A stretch of 64,000 nucleotides of DNA, taken from assembly GCA_002104905.1 (NCBI GenBank), contig MCFE01000226.1:1-64000 (forward strand). Direction: 5' to 3'. Shown piece by piece: positions 60,684 to 64,000 of this stretch; the stretch's first letter is position 1; every line of letters begins with the position of its first letter. This DNA is from Basidiobolus meristosporus CBS 931.73. Its lineage: Eukaryota; Fungi; Basidiobolomycota. A model generated the notes under the pieces. The model was given only the letters and a program-made list of their open reading frames with translations, made no database searches and was not told the DNA's origin. The position numbers were made by a program, and so were the translations under genes.

Positions 60684-60899
60684 ACCCTCGACCGTAAGAA
60701 ACTGGTTGCTGAGCTCATCAAATCCGAGTATGCAGCTCTGACTACTGATCGATTCGTCACATCAAGGTCACCTCTAGACCAATCGTATTTCTACTTGATG
60801 ACAAAACTTACCCTGTTTTCTTGTTCTGTACCAAGTGCAACAAGTCTATGTATCTCTTGTGCATGACTGGTACAAATCCATACAGCGTAAATATTCCCT

Positions 60900-63800
60900 G
60901 TATCATCTTCTCATGCTATCATACCTCCATTAATATATACCATGCATTTTATGCTCCTTGACATCCGGCCTCAAGAGCTTTGATGGTGACCCTGATGTAC
61001 ACCAGTTTTACCAATATTCAGTAAGACGTGGCAGTATCTGACTACCAACTAATGGGCACTGCTTCTGAAGTGCATAAGTATATTGCAATTACTCTGTTGT
61101 ATCATGTATATGGTAATTATATATAATAAGGATCTTGGTCACTAATAGTTATGTTTCACAAGCTCTGTTACTGTCACTGAAGACATGACACTTCTCTTCC
61201 AAGGACTCATATCACTGACTGCTAAGTTTATTGATACCCTATTCCAGTCTTTCACCTGAGCTCAAATACCATCCTATTTGCATTCTGTTAGCATTTAGTT
61301 GCTGTTAGACTTGTTCTGTTGGGCAGTGCCATATTATACATGCAATTCTTGAATTTCCCATATATTAGACTTGTTCCATTGGATGGTGGCACATTGAGCC
61401 ATGAGGCATGCCATTGAATACCAAATGTCACTCTAATATCTTGCTGCATGGGTTCTGTAGCATGTTGCAAAAATGCACAGTACTGTCCTGGTCCCCTGGT
61501 ACAACCTGGCACTTCAAGTGCCTTCATGTAGGATTTGTTGTAGAAATTTGTAATTTCACCTGAATATTCACCTAACTTAGTCACTTGGATCATTACCTAC
61601 ATAATCTTAGAGAATACTGACCAAATTCCTTGTTGGGATTTTCTTGAATTATATGCACCAAAACATTGGGTACCCCAAACATGAGAATTCCCAGAGCTAC
61701 CCAAACAGCCCAAACATTGCACACATGTTTTAGGGACCTTCCCAAATACAACTCACATGTTTGTTATGCTAAGATCACATAAAAGTATAAATAATACTCT
61801 TACATTTAATAAATCATTGAGTGAAACCACTTAGTATACTTGTTGTCCCAATGTCATCCATTATCTCCAAGAGACTTACAACAGGCTTTGCTTTAAGGTT
61901 AACACTCAAGCAAGGTGCCACATAGTACTAGTAGACAAAGAAAGTTTTGATGCATTTTTGTGACATTCTATAGATCTTGTTGATAGATTTAGAGTGTCAT
62001 GGGTATTGGCATGCCTTCAGCTTCACTGTGCAGCTATGCATAATGCAGACAATCAACCCCGCAAAAAGGCTAAAAAACTGACTTTCTCCAGCCCATTGAT
62101 TGAATACAGGAGTTATTTTGCACAAAGGTTAGAACTGTGTTTCACAATATATGACCAAACACAGATCTGCTGTGCCCCTCCTGGCATACTATGCACTATT
62201 TGTCACTCATGGCTCTATATTTCATTATCCAACTAAGCAATTCTGTTCAGCTGTCATTTTCAGAGCTGCCAAAAACTACCCATTTACTCACACATCTCAC
62301 AGAAAGAAAGCAGAAGTCCTCCACAACAAAGTCCATTTGATTGTAGTCTAGACTATAAAAATAAATGGTTTCATCATTTGATCCCAAATGCTTCCTCTCC
62401 CAATCAAAGTGGGCAAACCTTGTTACCAAACTCAATGAAACCTCTAGAGAGGTTTCATCAGTCACTTCAAGTCAACTGCTGGAGTTGCAATGTCTTTTTC
62501 AGAAAGAAGTATGGTACACCAATAGTGTGTGCAGCTTACTATACTCAAAATATACTCACAATCAAGAGCCACAACCCCATGTTGCCAGCCCAATACCTTC
62601 GATTAGATTGGCCATCTATGGTTCATGTTTTTATCAAGACAGACTAAGGAGGATCCTGCAGCTTTGTCAGAGATCAGACTGGTGATATATCTCTATGAAA
62701 AATAACTTGGTCCTGCAGGTCAACCCTACCCAGCTCAGCCATCAGGATCCTGCAATGAGGCCATCATAATGCCAGCAGGTTGGAATATTGTGTTTTGCTG
62801 ATTTTAATGCCAAACAAACTTGACAGTGTTTTGATGGCCTTGAGGTGCACATACTGTTGGCATCATCATGGCAGTATGGCAGCCTTCAACTATTCTCATA
62901 CAGTACTACCATACAGGTTTACCAAATGTTTCTGAACATCTGCAAAGACCTTTTTGGTACTTAGCCAATATCTATCTACTCCCTGCTGGACTCTAGTCCC
63001 CCTTGTAGGTGTGCTTTGGCTCTTGTTTATGAGAATTCTGTATTGAATGGTGTAGAAAGTGGCTTGTGGCCAAGAGAAATCCAGCGTACTTTGGTAGAGT
63101 TTTCCTAATACAAATTGGTTGCTTGCGGCACCCAACCCAACTTTTCATTACATAACTAATCACTCATACATTGGTACTGCTTAACCATGCCCAGTGTTTT
63201 CCATCTCTTCCTGACTGTCCTCCATGTGCCACCTCATCACATCTGTGACAGACTTGAAAGTTATATTCATGATGAGATTGGGATACAGTAGTACTTGCAG
63301 CTTGACTTGACTTCCTATCTCCCCACACATCTGCCTCATTGGAAACTCTCAAAAGATAAAGCAAGGCCCAGTATTCTCAACACACCAAGTAAGATAGAAT
63401 AGAGAATGAATACAATAGCAGCAGAGATCTTAGGATTCAGCTATATGTTTGTGGTATAGTTGCTCAAATCTTGTCACAAACTCCTTGCACAAATGCTGTT
63501 GCATCAAGTTGGCATTGGTGATCTGCTTCTGGATAAATATCCCTATGATTTCCACATATGACTCCCAATGCTTCCAATATACACTTGATAGAAATGGCTT
63601 CTGAAGGCCACTTGATTAAATACATATCCAGTTCATCCAGTCCTTGCACTTATATTGTTGCATATGCCTATGTATGTTGATTGGAGCCCATGAGCAGTAC
63701 TTAGAGTAGGTGATACCCTGTAAAATCTTGCCAATTCTTTCAAATTCCTCCGATATCTCAAAGGGCTCATTTTGTTGAAATGCCCCATATACAACCTGGT

Positions 63801-64000
63801 CATCATTATAGAGATATTGCTGCAAAGCAAATGAATTGCTCCCAGTGGAAAGCTTCTGCTCCAGCAGATACCTTCTAACTTGAGTACCTCTGGTTTCCAA
63901 TTAATTCCATATTCCAGCCAATAACTTTTAGCTTGCCAACTTTGCTGCAATTGCATGGTGACTTCTGTACATCCTCTCTGCAGGAAGCTGATGTTCTTAG
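60900..64000. mobile_element. Second CpG-depleted block of degenerate repeats
   Basis: Abrupt loss of CpG after ~60900; contains a solo LTR and sequences related to the foldback arms; remaining ORFs not recognisable. Confidence 0.7.
61536..61883 (+). mobile_element. Solo LTR of the same copia family
   Basis: TGTTG...CAACA termini; flanks GGATT and GGCTT (4 of 5 match, probable TSD); aligns to LTRs at 25519 and 29902. Confidence 0.8.

Noticed and set aside
59326-60866. Short ORFs downstream of the symporter
   Set aside because: No recognisable motifs, consistent splice pattern or paralogue support.
62247-63956. ORFs in the terminal repeat block as a named transposase
   Set aside because: Fragments are too decayed to assign to any family.

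Overview
Eukaryotic DNA, most likely from an early-diverging fungus. This is inferred from short GT-AG introns with CTAAC/CTAAT-type branch sites, Ty1/copia relics, CCCTAA repeats, a hevein-type chitin-binding module and a PHO84-type transporter; the species cannot be determined. The window has five zones. (1) ~944-21104 is a ~20 kb imperfect palindrome with a ~0.4 kb spacer near 10640. Each arm carries one gene for a secreted DUF3472-like + CBM18 protein and two tandem copies of a gene for an unknown secreted 222-aa Cys protein (three intact, one pseudogene). (2) ~21100-30250 is a CpG-depleted graveyard of copia fragments, LTRs and a foldback element with perfect 190-bp arms. (3) 30550-37020 holds a 4-exon Zn alcohol dehydrogenase, a compact bacterial-looking GH18 and PHO84. 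(4) 38129-53589 is a tandem array of nine near full-length genes for secreted CHAP-domain (Cys/His peptidoglycan hydrolase fold) proteins: five intact, four disrupted, plus at least five relic fragments, with conserved 5' and 3' non-coding motifs. (5) 54497-59128 holds an ANKRD13-like ankyrin protein and a sodium:solute symporter, followed by a second CpG-depleted repeat block. The best candidate for an undescribed system is an amplified set of secreted, bacterial-type cell-wall-active proteins (CHAP array, GH18, DUF3472-CBM18) in a fungal genome, apparently evolving by birth-and-death and gene conversion. Domain assignments come from motif recognition only; no searches were run, and percent identities are eye estimates.
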